Source: Asterias rubens
Taxonomy: Eukaryota
Assembly (NCBI RefSeq): GCF_902459465.1
Contig: NC_047071.1
Coordinates: 5,394,001 to 5,458,000 of the forward strand
DNA length: 64,000 bases
Reading direction: 5' to 3'
The notes under the pieces were generated by a model, which saw nothing but the letters and a program-made list of their open reading frames with translations, searched no databases and was not told the origin of the DNA. Position numbers and translations under genes: made by a program. Shown piece after piece: positions 63,677 through 64,000 of this stretch (within the stretch, counting starts at the first letter, position 1; every line of letters starts with the position of its first letter).

Positions 63677-64000
63677 CTACTTCTTTGGCTTGGTGGTCTT
63701 CTTCGGCTTTGCTGCTTTGGTGGCCTTCTTTGCCTTTGGCTTTGGACTCTTTGCGGCTTTGCTGGGCTTGGCGACTTTCTTTGATGGCTTGGCTGCTGTT
63801 TTCTTGGCTGCAACTTTCTTGGTGGGTGTCTTCTTGACGATTTTCTTTGGAGTCTTCTTCTTGGTTATCTTGGTTTTCTTGGCCTTCTCCTTCTTGGCTG
63901 CGGCTTTCTCTGCTTTCTTGGCTTTCATCTCTGCTTTCTTTGCTTGATCCTTCTCTTTCTTGGCCTTGGCTCGTTCTTTGACCTTCTCCGCCTGTTCCTT
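63677..64000 (-). CDS. H1: Histone H1 copy 13 (partial, cut by the window edge)
   Basis: C-terminal half identical to the other copies; stem-loop present. Confidence 0.9.
   Translation of the reverse strand, partial: KEQAEKVKERAKAKKEKDQAKKAEMKAKKAEKAAAKKEKAKKTKITKKKTPKKIVKKTPTKKVAAKKTAAKPSKKVAKPSKAAKSPKPKAKKATKAAKPKKTTKPKK

Larger units (their letters stand above)
45637..64000 (-). repeat. Tandem array of H1-only units (mostly 1658-1661 bp; variants 971, 718 and 1633 bp)
   Basis: ATG positions 46706, 47677, 49336, 50307, 51966, 53627, 54345, 56003, 57661, 59294, 60952, 62613; the array continues beyond the window. Confidence 0.97.

Overview
Eukaryotic, AT-rich, repeat-dense DNA, most likely from a sea star or other echinoderm. 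This is inferred from the H2B N-tail, H3 [14 protein letters not shown] histone promoter motifs and CAAAGAGA-type downstream elements. There are no CRISPR or other prokaryotic features. (1) 0.5-8 kb: a minus-strand 4-exon gene model, assembled by hand from phase-consistent splice sites, for a ~220-aa extremely acidic protein with no signal peptide. (2) 1-31 kb: MITEs, SINEs, L2-like remnants, a Penelope-like GIY-YIG fragment with a hammerhead-ribozyme motif, and a ~6.3-kb foldback. (3) 31.4-38.7 kb: a Tx1-clade LINE with intact ORF1. Its ORF2 is split by a 3.36-kb element with ~550-bp TIRs (TATGG...CCATA) and a 6-bp TSD, and its 5' end is fused to nt 1-29 of U2 snRNA. (4) 39.4-45.7 kb: full-length H2B and H2A ORFs, then a microhomology-joined mosaic of core-histone fragments. 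One H3 CDS is tiled by three pieces in scrambled order and orientation. No H4 was found. (5) 45.7-64 kb: a tandem array of histone H1 genes only (~1.66-kb unit, 13 copies, running off the window), including promoterless, stop-loss and globular-domain-deleted variants. All alignments were done by eye; approximate boundaries are noted.
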